A stretch of 64,000 nt of DNA from Octopus sinensis. Taxonomy: Eukaryota. Location: the NCBI RefSeq assembly GCF_006345805.1, contig NC_042998.1, positions 13,640,001-13,704,000 on the forward strand, in the 5' to 3' direction. Positions within the stretch are counted from its first letter, which is position 1; each line of letters starts with the position of its first letter. The notes beneath the pieces are model-generated. The model had not been told where the DNA came from. It did no database searches and worked only from the letters and a program-made list of their open reading frames with translations. The position numbers and the translations under genes are program-made. Positions 51,880-64,000 of this stretch are shown here, piece after piece.

Positions 51880-52505
51880 TATCCGGAGTGTTCCAGCAGT
51901 TCCAAACTTTATGTTTATTTCTTTAGTAGATCCATGTGCTGTCTGTAGTAATGTTCCCATCTGTTTATCATTTGCCTCTTACAGCTTTAGATCATCAATA
52001 TATCGGAGGTGGCTGATTGTTTTGCTGTAGCAGTTGTATCCACATCCAATTTAGTTTAGCAGGCAGAAACGGAGTGGAGAGAGCGTGTCTCTCTGGAATA
52101 TTCCTCTTCTAATGGGGATAGATTTGGTTTTTATGAGTCCCTCTTTCCTCTGGAGCTGTAGCACTGTCTGCCATTTACTCATGGAATGTTTTATATATTT
52201 TATGATTATTGCTGCTACCTTGTTCACAGTTAGTGTTTCTAGGATCCACGCGTGGGGAATACTATCAAAAGCCTTTCGTTAATCGATCCAGGCCATACGC
52301 AGAACCTTCTTTCTGCGGCTGTCTTCCGTTATGGCTTTATTGATCAATAGCTGATTTTTACAGCCGTATGTGCCCTTGAAGTATCCCTTCTGCTCCTCTG
52401 GAAAAAGGTTGATTCCTTTTAGATGCTTGCTCATTTTCTAAAAAGTGTAGGGAGACAGGTTATCGGTTTGCAATTTTGTGGGTTTACCGTTTCAGTGGAT
52501 TTGAG
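51880..52505 (-). mobile_element. R4/Dong-type RT domain fragment, decayed
   Basis: NPQNCKPITCLPT...FPEEQKG...GCKNQLLINK...MAWID*RKAFDSIPHAWI...GIFQRDTLSP...ISHLRYIDDLKL (YxDD motif). Confidence 0.9.
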
Positions 52506-52553
52506 AATTAGGATAGTATAGTGAATATGGGAATTAGGAGATTTATTATTATG

Positions 52554-52630
<77 letters not shown>

Positions 52631-52779
52631 CATTATTATTATTATTATTATTATTGTTGTTGTTGCTGTTGTTGTTGCTGATGTTGTTGTTGTTGTTGTT
52701 ATTATTATTATTATTATCATCATCATTATTATTGTTGTTGTTGTTGTTATTAATATCATTATGCAATAAAATGAGCGCG

Positions 52780-53662
52780 ATGCGATTCTCAATAGGCCGT
52801 TAATTTAACGGTTCCAAAGATATTTCAATGGACCGTCGGTATTAGAAATTCACAAATATATTTGCCACCATGCATTTTAAAAGACTGAAAGTGTAATAGA
52901 TTCAGAATATCTTCTGAGAATGTCCACTTTGATGTGATCCCCGAAATTGCATCCCTTCTGATGATTACATCCGGCAAGTTCTGTCGAACTACTTCTGCTC
53001 TACCTGACGTCATACTTGTGCCCGTTGAATCTTTTGCTTAATTCCTCTGTGGTACAACGAACATAAATCAAGTTGCATTGGGTACATTCGCTTTCGTACA
53101 GCAAATGGGAATCTTCACACGTCCCACCTTTCGTATTAATCGTAACAGTTTTGTTATCATTCTTGATGGAATTGACTTGACACATGTTGCACAAGGAACA
53201 GGGCTTAATTCTCTTGTCGTTGTTTTCCAGGTTTCAGAAACTCCAATGGTAGTTTTCCACAGGTTAGAGGTAGTGGTTGATATTTATCTTAAACTTATAT
53301 TGCGTTTAAAACGAGGATGTTTTACTGCAGTATACTGGTAACCTTCATTTAAAACTTTTGAAATACCAGCGAAATTTCTGTGGCTGTTAATTACTTAAGG
53401 ATTTCTATCACAAATTTTATTTGGTTGCTAAAATTATTGGTGGAAGTTTCACTTTCCTTGCTGATGTACAAAAATACTTACGTGTTTCGGTAATTTCTTG
53501 TATCCGTAGAATTCCGTTTATCCCCAAAGAACTGGGATTTCGGATTACCGAATTATATGATGTAGTTAAATGTGGGACTATGTAAGCTTGAAAAGATCTC
53601 AGTCACTATTCTGCCTCCATAAAACGTAACCTTTGTATCCAAAATCTCGACGCTGTTGTCTA
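52780..53662 (-). mobile_element. Penelope-like element fragment (RT motif 7/thumb, Cys linker, GIY-YIG), decayed
   Basis: DNSVEILDTKVTFYGGRIVTEIF; PCSLCNMC; TCEDSHLLYESECTQCNLIYVRCTTEELSKRFNGH. Confidence 0.8.
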
Positions 53663-53707
53663 TCTTCGTAAAGAATTACGTAAATCTTCTTCTTCTTCTT
53701 CTTCTTC

Positions 53708-53850
<143 letters not shown>

Positions 53851-53904
53851 GTTATTATTATTATCATTATTATAACTATTATTATTATTATTATTATTAT
53901 TAAA

Positions 53905-54110
53905 GGTACACTAGGCTCAAGCACTATATGTGATCCCATAACAAAGTAAACAAGGCATGGACTTGCAGGTGGGGCTGTGTTAGAAGTTTTTTCAGGTCCA
54001 GTAGCTCAAACCGCACAAAAGGTCCCTGCATAAAGGTCGTTTAATGATGGTGAACGAATTACCCATGTTTCCAGAGGTGAATTATCCAAATCCCAAATAA
54101 TTCCTATGGT
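53905..54110. mobile_element. Partial copy of the unclassified repeat at 15331-15870, next to (ATT)n
   Basis: GTACACTAGGC...CCCATGTTTCCAGAGGTGAATTATCCAAA. Confidence 0.75.
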
Positions 54111-54112
54111 TG

Positions 54113-54760
54113 TCGCAAAGTCGACATCTTTGTTTAGTACTGCTTCTTCAGAGCTTTCTAGATGCAGGCTACTTACATTAATTGCTGCTTTCACAGGTGG
54201 TTGACGGACTTCAGTCTTCATTCCCTGTCCTTTTTAAATTCATAAACCTCTTAATCTGGCGTGTCTACACTATTTCAAATTCTTTTATGAACGACTTGTC
54301 TGGATCATGTTAGATTGTCTTTCTATCATCATCTCTGGTTATTTTCCTAAGTAATGAGGACAGCCTCTCTTTGACTTCGTTATTTAGTTAATGTTTTTTT
54401 TTTCCCCACGGTTTTAATGGATCCTCTCACGGACGAGGTCATGTCGTGCCCTTTCCACTACTCTTCTAGCTTTATATAAAGCCACTGGTGTCATTATATT
54501 CAAGCCAGGTGAATATAATGACACCAACATTGAGTCTCTACATCTACACAGGAAAGCTAGATGGTTTGAAAGTCGAGCTAGTTTTTAATGGATTTTCTCT
54601 ATATGTCTCCATTGAAGTCTAATGTCGGCTTCGTACCGATCAGATAATGCAGTCCTATATTTAAGAGATGAGAAATTATGTACATTATATACATTTGAAG
54701 GATATTTGGCCTCATCCTGTTTGTTGTTAACACAACGTTAATGCAGCCTCCTAGGCAGAT
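54113..54760 (-). mobile_element. Penelope-like element pLTR end plus ORF N-terminus, decayed
   Basis: HIEKIH*KLARLSNHLAFLCRCR...ERI and AINVSSLHLESSEEAVLNKDVDFATT match PLE N-terminal motifs (vNLS..Lt..E..vL.KGlnF..T). Confidence 0.72.
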
Positions 54761-54832
54761 CGAGTGCAGATATGAATAGCATATGGGAACCAGTATTAAG
54801 GAAGGATAGGAGAACATTAGATTTATAAGCCC

Positions 54833-54929
<97 letters not shown>

Positions 54930-54930
<1 letters not shown>

Positions 54931-55085
54931 TCGAAAAATATCTTAGGAATGAGAACCCCGCTTCGAAATTTCCTCAAGACACTTGATGAACGCAGGAGGG
55001 TTAAGAACAAACTGGATGAGGACAAATATCCATCAAATGTAAATAATGTATATAATTCCTCATCTCTTAAATATAGAACTGTATA
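54930..55085 (+). mobile_element. Inverted Penelope pLTR remnant (shares ~75 bp with 54650-54725 in opposite orientation)
   Basis: ACAAAC.GGATGAGG.CAAATATCC.TCAAATGTA.ATAATGTA.ATAATT.CTCATCTCTTAAATATAG occurs on both strands; degenerate TTGATGA hammerhead box. Confidence 0.65.
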
Positions 55086-55089
55086 TACT

Positions 55090-55870
55090 TAGATAAACTT
55101 AGATATGTTTCGACCAAAGATAGGTCCAGGCCATGTCTAACTTAATAGCACCACCTGATAGGATTATCTAAATCCTGTTTAAGTCAAGTTTTCTTTATGG
55201 TCCATTAAAGTAGTGAGTTTTTGTTGAGTGAGTTGTATCCAGATATGGGCGATTATCTGGTATTCCTTGAAGAAATCTGTCCAAATTCCGTTTAAAGATG
55301 ATGGGATCCTTTTACTCTTTGATGTGTTTTGGGACAATGTTAATCAGGACAGGACCGGTTGAAGAAAAAAAAAATTATCGTAGTGTACCTATATGTTGTG
55401 ATCTTGAATTGGGCAGAGGATTATGGCCTGTGGTCCCAGCCTTGGAGGAACCTTGAAACTAATGTTAAGTTCGTTTGGGCAATGCTGGCGGTATATAATT
55501 TTGTACCACTCGTGGCGGCCCTGGAGAGAGTAGAGTTCCAAAGCTTTAAGGCGGTCACAGTAATTTCGATCAGCCGTGCCTTCAATTCGTTTAGTGAGTG
55601 CCCTATGGGGTCATTCAATCCTCGTGATGGTTTGTTTTGTACAGGGAGACCACAAGGGGCAGCAGTATTCGAGGTGCAGCCGTACAAAAGAGGAGAATAA
55701 ATATGAAATTTTAAATTTAGTTCAGAGAACCGAAGGACTACGGACTACCAGGGTTCACAGACCCCCAGGCAGAGAACCACTGATCTATACCTTTCTTCCT
55801 TTCGGGATCAATAAAATAAGAATCCGTATAAATCCCTGTGCCGACGTTATCGACCTACCCTGTTCTCTAA
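55090..55870 (-). mobile_element. CR1/L2-type LINE 3' part, decayed
   Basis: FVRLHLEYCCPLWSP...RIE*PHRALTKRI...YCDRLKALELYSL; 3' UTR as in 34797-35026. Confidence 0.8.
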
Positions 55871-55972
55871 ACTTCCAAGTTTTGCGCCAAAATTTGAAAA
55901 GGTTATTAGTTTTGCTAGTGGAAGTTGTGTTGATGGTGATATTGGTATTGATGGTGGTGGTAGTATTAGTAT

Positions 55973-56033
<61 letters not shown>

Positions 56034-56412
56034 CTCTTTCCAGCTTCTGCTTTCATTCCTCATGCCAAAAGTATTAGATTACCGCGCAATCGATATTGAT
56101 TTCTCTTATGCGTATATTTGGATACATGCGCAGACACAAATACATATAAACGTTTACATCCACAGGCATGTGATATAAACATCTACATATTAATAAACAT
56201 AGTATATATTTATTTAAATATATATATATTAATGTATAAATTGATGTGTCCGTCCTTTTGTGTGTATACAATGAGTTACATAAGTAAAAGTGCGCAGTGT
56301 GTATATATATATATATACACTGCGCACTTTTACTTATGTAACGCTTTGTATACACACCGAGTTTTGGATACACAGGAGTTTTGTATACATAAAGCATGTA
56401 CTTGTTTTATAA

Positions 56413-56825
<413 letters not shown>

Positions 56826-57097
56826 TATACACACACATTTATAAATAAATATAAAGTACCAATTTATCATTCATAAAGATGAATATTATTGCTAGTACCT
56901 TCGAAATCTCACCCAGTAAAATCATCGCCGAACTGCAGAAAATATGTGAAGGCTCAACTGAGTGCTATTGGTAGCATATAATCCTTTGGTCGCGTTATTT
57001 GCGATTAAACCGGCACATCCACTAGTGAAAGGTGTTGTTACAATCACAGCAGGGCGAAAACATGACCTGTCAAAGGGAAAGCTGAAACTAGTGTTGA

Positions 57098-57332
57098 TTC
57101 CTCGGCGAGCTGGCAGAATCGTTAGCACGTCGGGCGAAATGCCAAGCGGTATTTCGTCTGCCATTATGTTGTGAGTTCAAATTCCGCCGAGGTCGACTTT
57201 ACCTTTCATCCTTTCGGGGTCGATAAATTAAGTACCAGTTACGCACTGGGGTCGATGTAATTGATTTATACCTATGTCTGTCCTTGTTTGTCCCTTCTAT
57301 GTTTAGCCCCTTGTGGGTAATAAGGCAATAGG
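57098..57332 (+). mobile_element. SINE family B, full length
   Basis: CGGCGAGCTGGCAGAATCGTTAGCACG...GCCGAGGTCGACTTTACCTTTCATCC...GTGGGTAATAAGGCAATAGGTAT. Confidence 0.92.
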
Positions 57333-57479
57333 TATGGAGCTTCTGAAATTCAGTTTTGCTTGAAGACTACTGGGAATGAAGCATCCTTCGGCTTTTGTTA
57401 ATACGTGTATCTAAGAGGTCACTCTGCTCTAAAACGAAAGGAATGTCGCTGAACTTTTTATAGATATTTTGCCAGCACT

Positions 57480-58470
57480 TGAGATTATGCCGCTCTCTTA
57501 TTCATGAGATTACAACCGATATTGGCACTGGATACTTTGCCCTGGCTTGCTTCTGGATGCTTGGTCTAGTCGTGTTATTTGACAGTTGTCTCGCCGGCAT
57601 TTAAAGAAGCGCATGCGAAACCGAGTGAAACCGACAGGTGATCCAATAACCTCATGGACGGCCATTCTTGGCATTTCTCATGTAAATGTTTTTTTCGGTC
57701 ACCTATAGTCAAGTACCACTTCTGCAAGAACCTTGCTGTTATATCTATTCTATGACATATGTGGTAGTATTCTTTGGTAGTAATCTACCCTTACATAAAC
57801 ATGCATATACAAAAGATGACCTTGTAAGATGAAGGTGAATGTGATGCAACAAGAGAAACATTTGCTATTATCGATCTTTCTTCATTATACTGATGCTCCT
57901 GTTGGAAAACTCCGGCAGAAATCGAGTTGATGTTTGAGAATAGATTACTTCTACGTCCTTCCTGTCTAGTATATATAAACCGATATTTGTATTGTGGCAC
58001 TTCTTCGCCCTTCCTGTCTGATATATCTAAACTGATATTTATATGTTAGTATATTACTCCGACTTTTCGTTCACACCAGATAGCATTTTTTGCATGTGAA
58101 ACCACATGCTTCTTTATCTTATCCCTGTTTGGGTTTTATATTCTGCATCAGGAGAATAATGATTAAACTTTTACTGCTCGATATAAGTTTGGCTAGTGTT
58201 CTTTCTCATCTTTTTTGGCGTCTGAACACTTAATGAGACAGTATTCTATAGTAACATTTATCCATTAGTTTATCCGTGTGATTGTTCTGTTTGCATGTAA
58301 ATTTTTGGGTTTCACGTGTGTATATTTCTGCATTTAGCGTGGTCACTGTTCCCGGATTTACGGGAGTTCAATACAACAGAGTATCGTTTACACCGACGAA
58401 AGATTCACACGATAACATGCGATTCATCCAGTATTTGTGGCTGTAACTGGATAGACTGAAATCGTGCTAA
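57480..58470 (-). mobile_element. Heavily decayed RLE-clade (R4-like) LINE thumb/CCHC region
   Basis: RFIYTRQEGRRSNL resembles RLY..R.EGGRGL (present twice via a local duplication); many stops. Confidence 0.4.
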
Positions 58471-58715
58471 GAGAATTGGACATACTATATATCACAATGA
58501 AGAATTGACATAAAAGTTCATATTGGAGCAACATTCTAATGTTACACATAATATACTCTTTTTCAACGAGAAGGTAATCAAATTGATCCAACATCTGAAT
58601 ACACATCGTCGAAAACTCTTGAAGGCCATTTACTATTAAGTGAGTAGGAAAATTGTTTACATGTCTGTCTATGTTCCTAAAAGTGAACCAATATTGATGT
58701 TATTGCTAATATGTA

Positions 58716-58894
58716 TCTTTTACTCTTTTACTTGTTTCAGTCATTTGACTGTGGCCATGCTGGAGCACCGCCTTTAGTCGACCAAATCGCCCCCAGGACT
58801 TATTGTTTGTAAGCTTAGTGCTTATTCTATCGGTCTCTTTTACCGAACCACTTGTCAAGCGATGTTGGCGGGTGGGACAAATACAGACACACAG

Positions 58895-58964
<70 letters not shown>

Positions 58965-59113
58965 GACGGGCTTCTTTCAGTTTCTATCTACCGAAACCAC
59001 TCACAAGGCTTTGGTCGGCCCGAGGCTATAGTAGAAAACACTTGCCCAAGGTGCCACGCAGTGGGACTGAACCTGGAACCATGTGGTTGGTAAACAAGCT
59101 ACTTACCACACAA
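58716..59113 (-). mobile_element. SINE family A, nearly full length
   Basis: Reverse complement is colinear with 5210-5628. Confidence 0.93.
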
Positions 59114-60062
59114 CGCATTCGTTTTGTACTGACTGCAACGTATGAAGAATATCTGTAGGCTTCAAGGTAAAATATTTGGTAGGATAGAATTTTGTTGAGG
59201 ATATTCAAATTTTCAGTATTTATATCTTTTATTACTTGCTCTTGTCACTAGCTACGCAGTAAACTTATACTTGGCATTCTTAACCATTATAATTGCTGCT
59301 ACAACATTACAGTTCAACATCTGGTAAACTAAACAATATTATTTATTTACTTTATTGTGAACGACATTTACATGATTTTATTTTTTTTTCATTTTATTGG
59401 AAACATAAATATACTGCTTTGCATATATTTATCGTTTCCGCATTTACTACCGACATGTGGATTTTCACTTAAATTTACTGCACCAATGTGTTTCCTATAT
59501 TCAGTAATATCTAGGGAGAATATATAATTCTGTCATATTCCTGATATTCGCAGATACCAATATTGCGAACAATTTCATAATAGCTCTTTTGTATGCAGTC
59601 TCACCAAATATGTTCCTCATGCATGTCTGTGTTTTTGATATTTCTAAATTTGTTTTCTCTTTTATGCGTTTTATGAAGGAACAGTCGACCTTCAAAATCT
59701 TTGATATATTCTTAATTCAGTCACCTGTGGAAGATGATCAAATTGACGCCTAGAAATTACCCTTCTTACATGGTTAGGTTAACTCTATAATCATGTCATC
59801 GTATTTGTTGTGGTTTAACCCAAGTTAGAGATGAATAAGAAGACAATTGAGCAGAAGCATTCCAGCGCCTAAGCATCTTATCTCTGTGTATATTTGTAGA
59901 ATATATTATCAATTGATACTGTTGGTCTTTTATCATGATAGGATACCATTTAAATTTTGGTCGCTATTTTTAATGAGTGATAGTCTGCTTAGGAAAATAC
60001 ATTTCAGCTCTTTGCTCTATGACTGACTTTTAATTTTAAAAGGTTCATATTCCTTTATATTT

Positions 60063-60400
60063 AAAGAGGCAAGCTGGCGGAATGTGAAACATGGCTAGCG
60101 GTGTTTCGACCGTTCATACTTCTTGAGCTTAAATTCTGCGAGGTGAACTTTGTCTTTCATCCTTTCAGCATCGATGAAATAAGCACCATTTACGCACTGG
60201 GGGGTCGATGAAATGGTCAAGCCCACTCCTCCAAAGTCTCTGAGCTTGTTTGTGTATTGCAGGATTATATATCCAGAAAATGAGGGCAGCGAGCTGGCTG
60301 AATCGATAGCACGCCGAAAAAAATGCTTACCAGAATTTGGTCCGTCTTTACGATTTGAGTTCAAATTCCACCGAGGTCGACTTGGCCTTTCAGCGTTTCT
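60063..60400 (+). mobile_element. Two decayed SINE family B copies (60063-60250, 60284-60400)
   Basis: GGC..GAGCTGGC heads and GAGGTCGACTT/GAGGTGAACTT cores. Confidence 0.75.
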
Positions 60401-61053
60401 GGGTATATAAAATATGTATCAGCTGCGCGCAAGAGTCAATGTAATTGAGTTGCTTTCTTTTCTCAAAATTATTGGCCATTGTGCCAAAATTTAAAATCAT
60501 TATATGTCTAAAATGCTGGCATGTCTATAGTTTCCTTAGCCGCCTTACTCTTGGTCATGGTTTGTTCATATGGAAGGCTGTGGTCATTGGATTCAACTCA
60601 AAGTTAGCCCTGATTTAGTAAATCTACGTTCTAATACATTGAAAAAGCAGTCCGGTGAGATTTGAAGGAAATTATATTTCTCAAGCTGTATACATCATTA
60701 GGTTGTAATACTATTTGCCTATCTCTGAGTTAGATGTTGTTGTCTAGACCCAGGTGAGAATTCATTGAGCTGAACATGACCGACTGTTTGTTATCCGTGA
60801 CAAACCATTGCTTTATTTAAACGTAGAGTAATACTTTGTTGTGGAACGATTTCTACACCAAGCAACTGCGTAAATTTTCTCAATAAAATTTATATATTAA
60901 GCTAATTTCTATATAGCTAATTTCTATATAAACTAATTCATATATTAAAACTGATTTATGTTTGTTTTCCTTTTTCAAAGTAAAAATATTATTTATCATT
61001 AATTTAGTTAGTAATGTAAGTTCAAATTTATGAAACTCTTTTCCTTTCTTGCG

Positions 61054-61113
<60 letters not shown>

Positions 61114-61344
61114 ATTAAGTAAATGGAAACACGGAGAGAATTATTTACAGAATTCATGATGTGATATCCTAAATGAAAATACATATAGAAAGACGTGATA
61201 TGTACAATATGATAAGCAGTATTATGATACTTTGCGAAGCTAAATATAATATTTCCTTTTTTCTTCTTGTGACTTGTTCCCTGTAATATTTTTGATCTCA
61301 GGTTTCAGATATGAATATACAAAAGCGGAGGAGTGGGTGTGTCT

Positions 61345-62097
61345 CAGTAGATGTTACAGACAGAAACTAAAAAGTGACCGTCGGATATAAATGTATATAT
61401 CTATGTGTGTATGATTTTGTGTTTGTGTTTGACTCCCCCATCATCACTTTACAACTAGTGTTGGTGTTTTTACGTCCCTGTATCTTAGCGGTTCAGCAAA
61501 AAGATACTGTTAGAATAATTACTACGTTTATAAATACGTCCTGGTGTCGGTCGACGTGTTCAATTACAATCCTTCGAGGCGTTGCTACAGCATGACCCCA
61601 GTTAAATGGTTAAGATAGATAAAAAGAAAAATAATATATACATAAATATTTACACACATATCACTTTTAATTGGAATGTTGTATACATATTTATATGCAT
61701 ACACACATACCATGCATATACATACATACATACATACATACATACATACATACATACATACATACATACATACATAGCCTCGGGCCGACAAAAGCCTTGT
61801 GAGTGGATTTGGTTTACGGAGTCTGAATGAAGCCCGTCGTGTGTATGTGTGCCTGTGTGCTTGTGTGTGTGTGTGTGTGTGCGTGCGATTTTGTGTCTGT
61901 GTTTTCCCCCACCCCAGCATCGCTTGTCAACCGATGTTGGTATGTTTATATCCCTGTAACTTAGATGTTCGGCAATAAAGACCGATAGAATAAGTAGTAG
62001 GCTTTCACAGAATAAGTCCTGGAGTGGATTCATTCGACTAAAGACAGTGCTCCAGTATGGCGGCAGTCGAATGACTGAAACAAATAAAATAATGAAT
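61345..62097 (+). mobile_element. Two SINE family A remnants (61345-61625 decayed; 61773-62097 headless)
   Basis: GTTGGTGTTTTTACGTCCC; ATAGCCTCGGGCCGAC...GACTGAAACAAATAAAA. Confidence 0.8.
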
Positions 62098-62685
62098 TAA
62101 TATGCGTGCATGTGCGAGTTGGTATATATATGTGTGTGTGTGTGTCTGTGTGTGTGTGTGTCTGTGTGTGTGTGTGTGTGTGTGTACATACACACACATA
62201 TTTCTATCTATCAGTCTCTTACATATATGTGTTTGTGTCTATGCTTGTGTTTGTGTGTTGTATGCAAGTGTGTGTAAGTATGTATATACCTAATCGTATG
62301 TGTTATTGTTTTGTGTGTGTATCACGCGCTCCACCTCTGAGGACGTAAACAACCCCACGTCCCTAAAAAGCTTCTGCAAGACAGACTTATAGAATAGACA
62401 CTGGGCTTAATAGAAAGATATGCGATAGTGTTGTTCCATTCATTCAAGTAAAACATTTGGAGCCGTTTCCCTACATTAGCCGTAGTCCTTACGACGAAGC
62501 TGATAACACATATATATGCATGCATGTGTGGTTTGCTAGAGTGTGTGTGTGTGTGTGGTGTGTGTGTGTGTGTGCATAGATGGATAAGTGTGTTAGTAGG
62601 TGTGTGTGAATGTGCTTGTTGTGCAGGATGATATCACGATGATAGTTGTGATCGAAGTGTCTTCCTATATTTACTGACAAATATT

Positions 62686-62699
62686 TCTACTACTACTAT

Positions 62700-62791
<92 letters not shown>

Positions 62792-62807
62792 AACTACTAC
62801 TACTACA

Positions 62808-62838
<31 letters not shown>
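62686..62838. repeat. (TAC)n microsatellite
   Basis: Direct reading. Confidence 0.97.
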
Positions 62839-62839
<1 letters not shown>

Positions 62840-63009
62840 GTGTAACTGAAAACGGTAAAAGAAAAATATCCGTGTGGTAATATACTTTCTTGAAACACTG
62901 TTAATAAGAAGGAACTGTAGCAGACACTTTAAAAATAAATGTTATTTTATATTTTTTTATCTAATTGATTGAAAATGACAAAGTATATGTCTATGGACAT
63001 GAAACATAC

Positions 63010-63318
<309 letters not shown>

Positions 63319-64000
63319 GTCGATAGATACATGACAATTTTTCTTAAAATAGAATGTCAATAACCATATTTCAAATTCTCTGGCTTTGCAGACAAAAATA
63401 CATCCACTAATCCCCCAGAAGTCGAGATAACAGTTCAGACATGCAAGAAGAGGAAACAAAAATAAATAAATAAATAAATAGAAGAAAACATAGATAGCAA
63501 TATCTCAAAATTTAATCCAGAATCAATCAACTTGGAAGTTAGAAAAAAAAGAACGTTCTTTTTTTAATCTTTCATCTGGTCAAAACGAAAAACAATTTAT
63601 GAATACATAAAAATCGCGATAGAACTTAACATAGATTTTTTTCAGAGTAGACATTTAATCCATTTTCAGTGAAGTTAAAAGCACCTTGATTTTTAATATG
63701 ATGTCTGCTAAAATTAAGTAGAAACAAGTGGATCATTTTTGCTTTTTTTTTATATTTGCCGATAGCATTAATGTTGGATGCGCCCCAAATACATTAGCAT
63801 ATTTATATAATCATCGTTCTCCAATATAGATTTCTACGTACTTTATGTCATTAAGTATGCGCATCTCGGTAAATGTTTTCTAAAATTATATTATTCAGGT
63901 CAAACGGCACTCGATCTCCTAAAAATTGCTGTGAAATTACTTGGTAGACACATTGCGTATATAGTAGACGTCGAAATAATGTAGACGTCGACGAAATATT

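Overview
AT-rich, microsatellite-saturated animal genomic DNA. The SINE, LINE and Penelope families resemble those of octopus (recognised from memory, not by database search). No host protein-coding exon can be supported; nearly all ORFs in the supplied track are (TA)n, (CA)n or (TAA)n artefacts. The window contains about 25 copies of at least 4 tRNA-type SINE families, fragments of R4/Dong, CR1/L2 and Tx1/L1 LINEs, and several Penelope-like elements (PLEs). Two loci stand out. (1) 30506-32611 (-) is a 2.1-kb insertion with a ~17-bp target-site duplication, inside the tRNA-derived head of a SINE. It encodes only a ~400-aa Tx1/L1-type ORF1 (CCHC zinc knuckle) with no endonuclease or RT. It has tandem 29-bp 5' monomers and a hairpin-modular 3' UTR; a second diverged copy of that UTR lies at ~13133-13450 next to the same CTACTT flank. 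This suggests a mobile, ORF1-only ('half-LINE', HAL1-like) family. (2) 21399-23775 (+) is a young, 5'-truncated PLE encoding an RT thumb and GIY-YIG endonuclease. It has 203-bp perfect inverted termini, each holding a complete type-I hammerhead ribozyme fold, and an atypical ~150-aa low-complexity linker in place of the usual Cys cluster. A possible RFX X-box/CCAAT promoter lies at ~11.7 kb.
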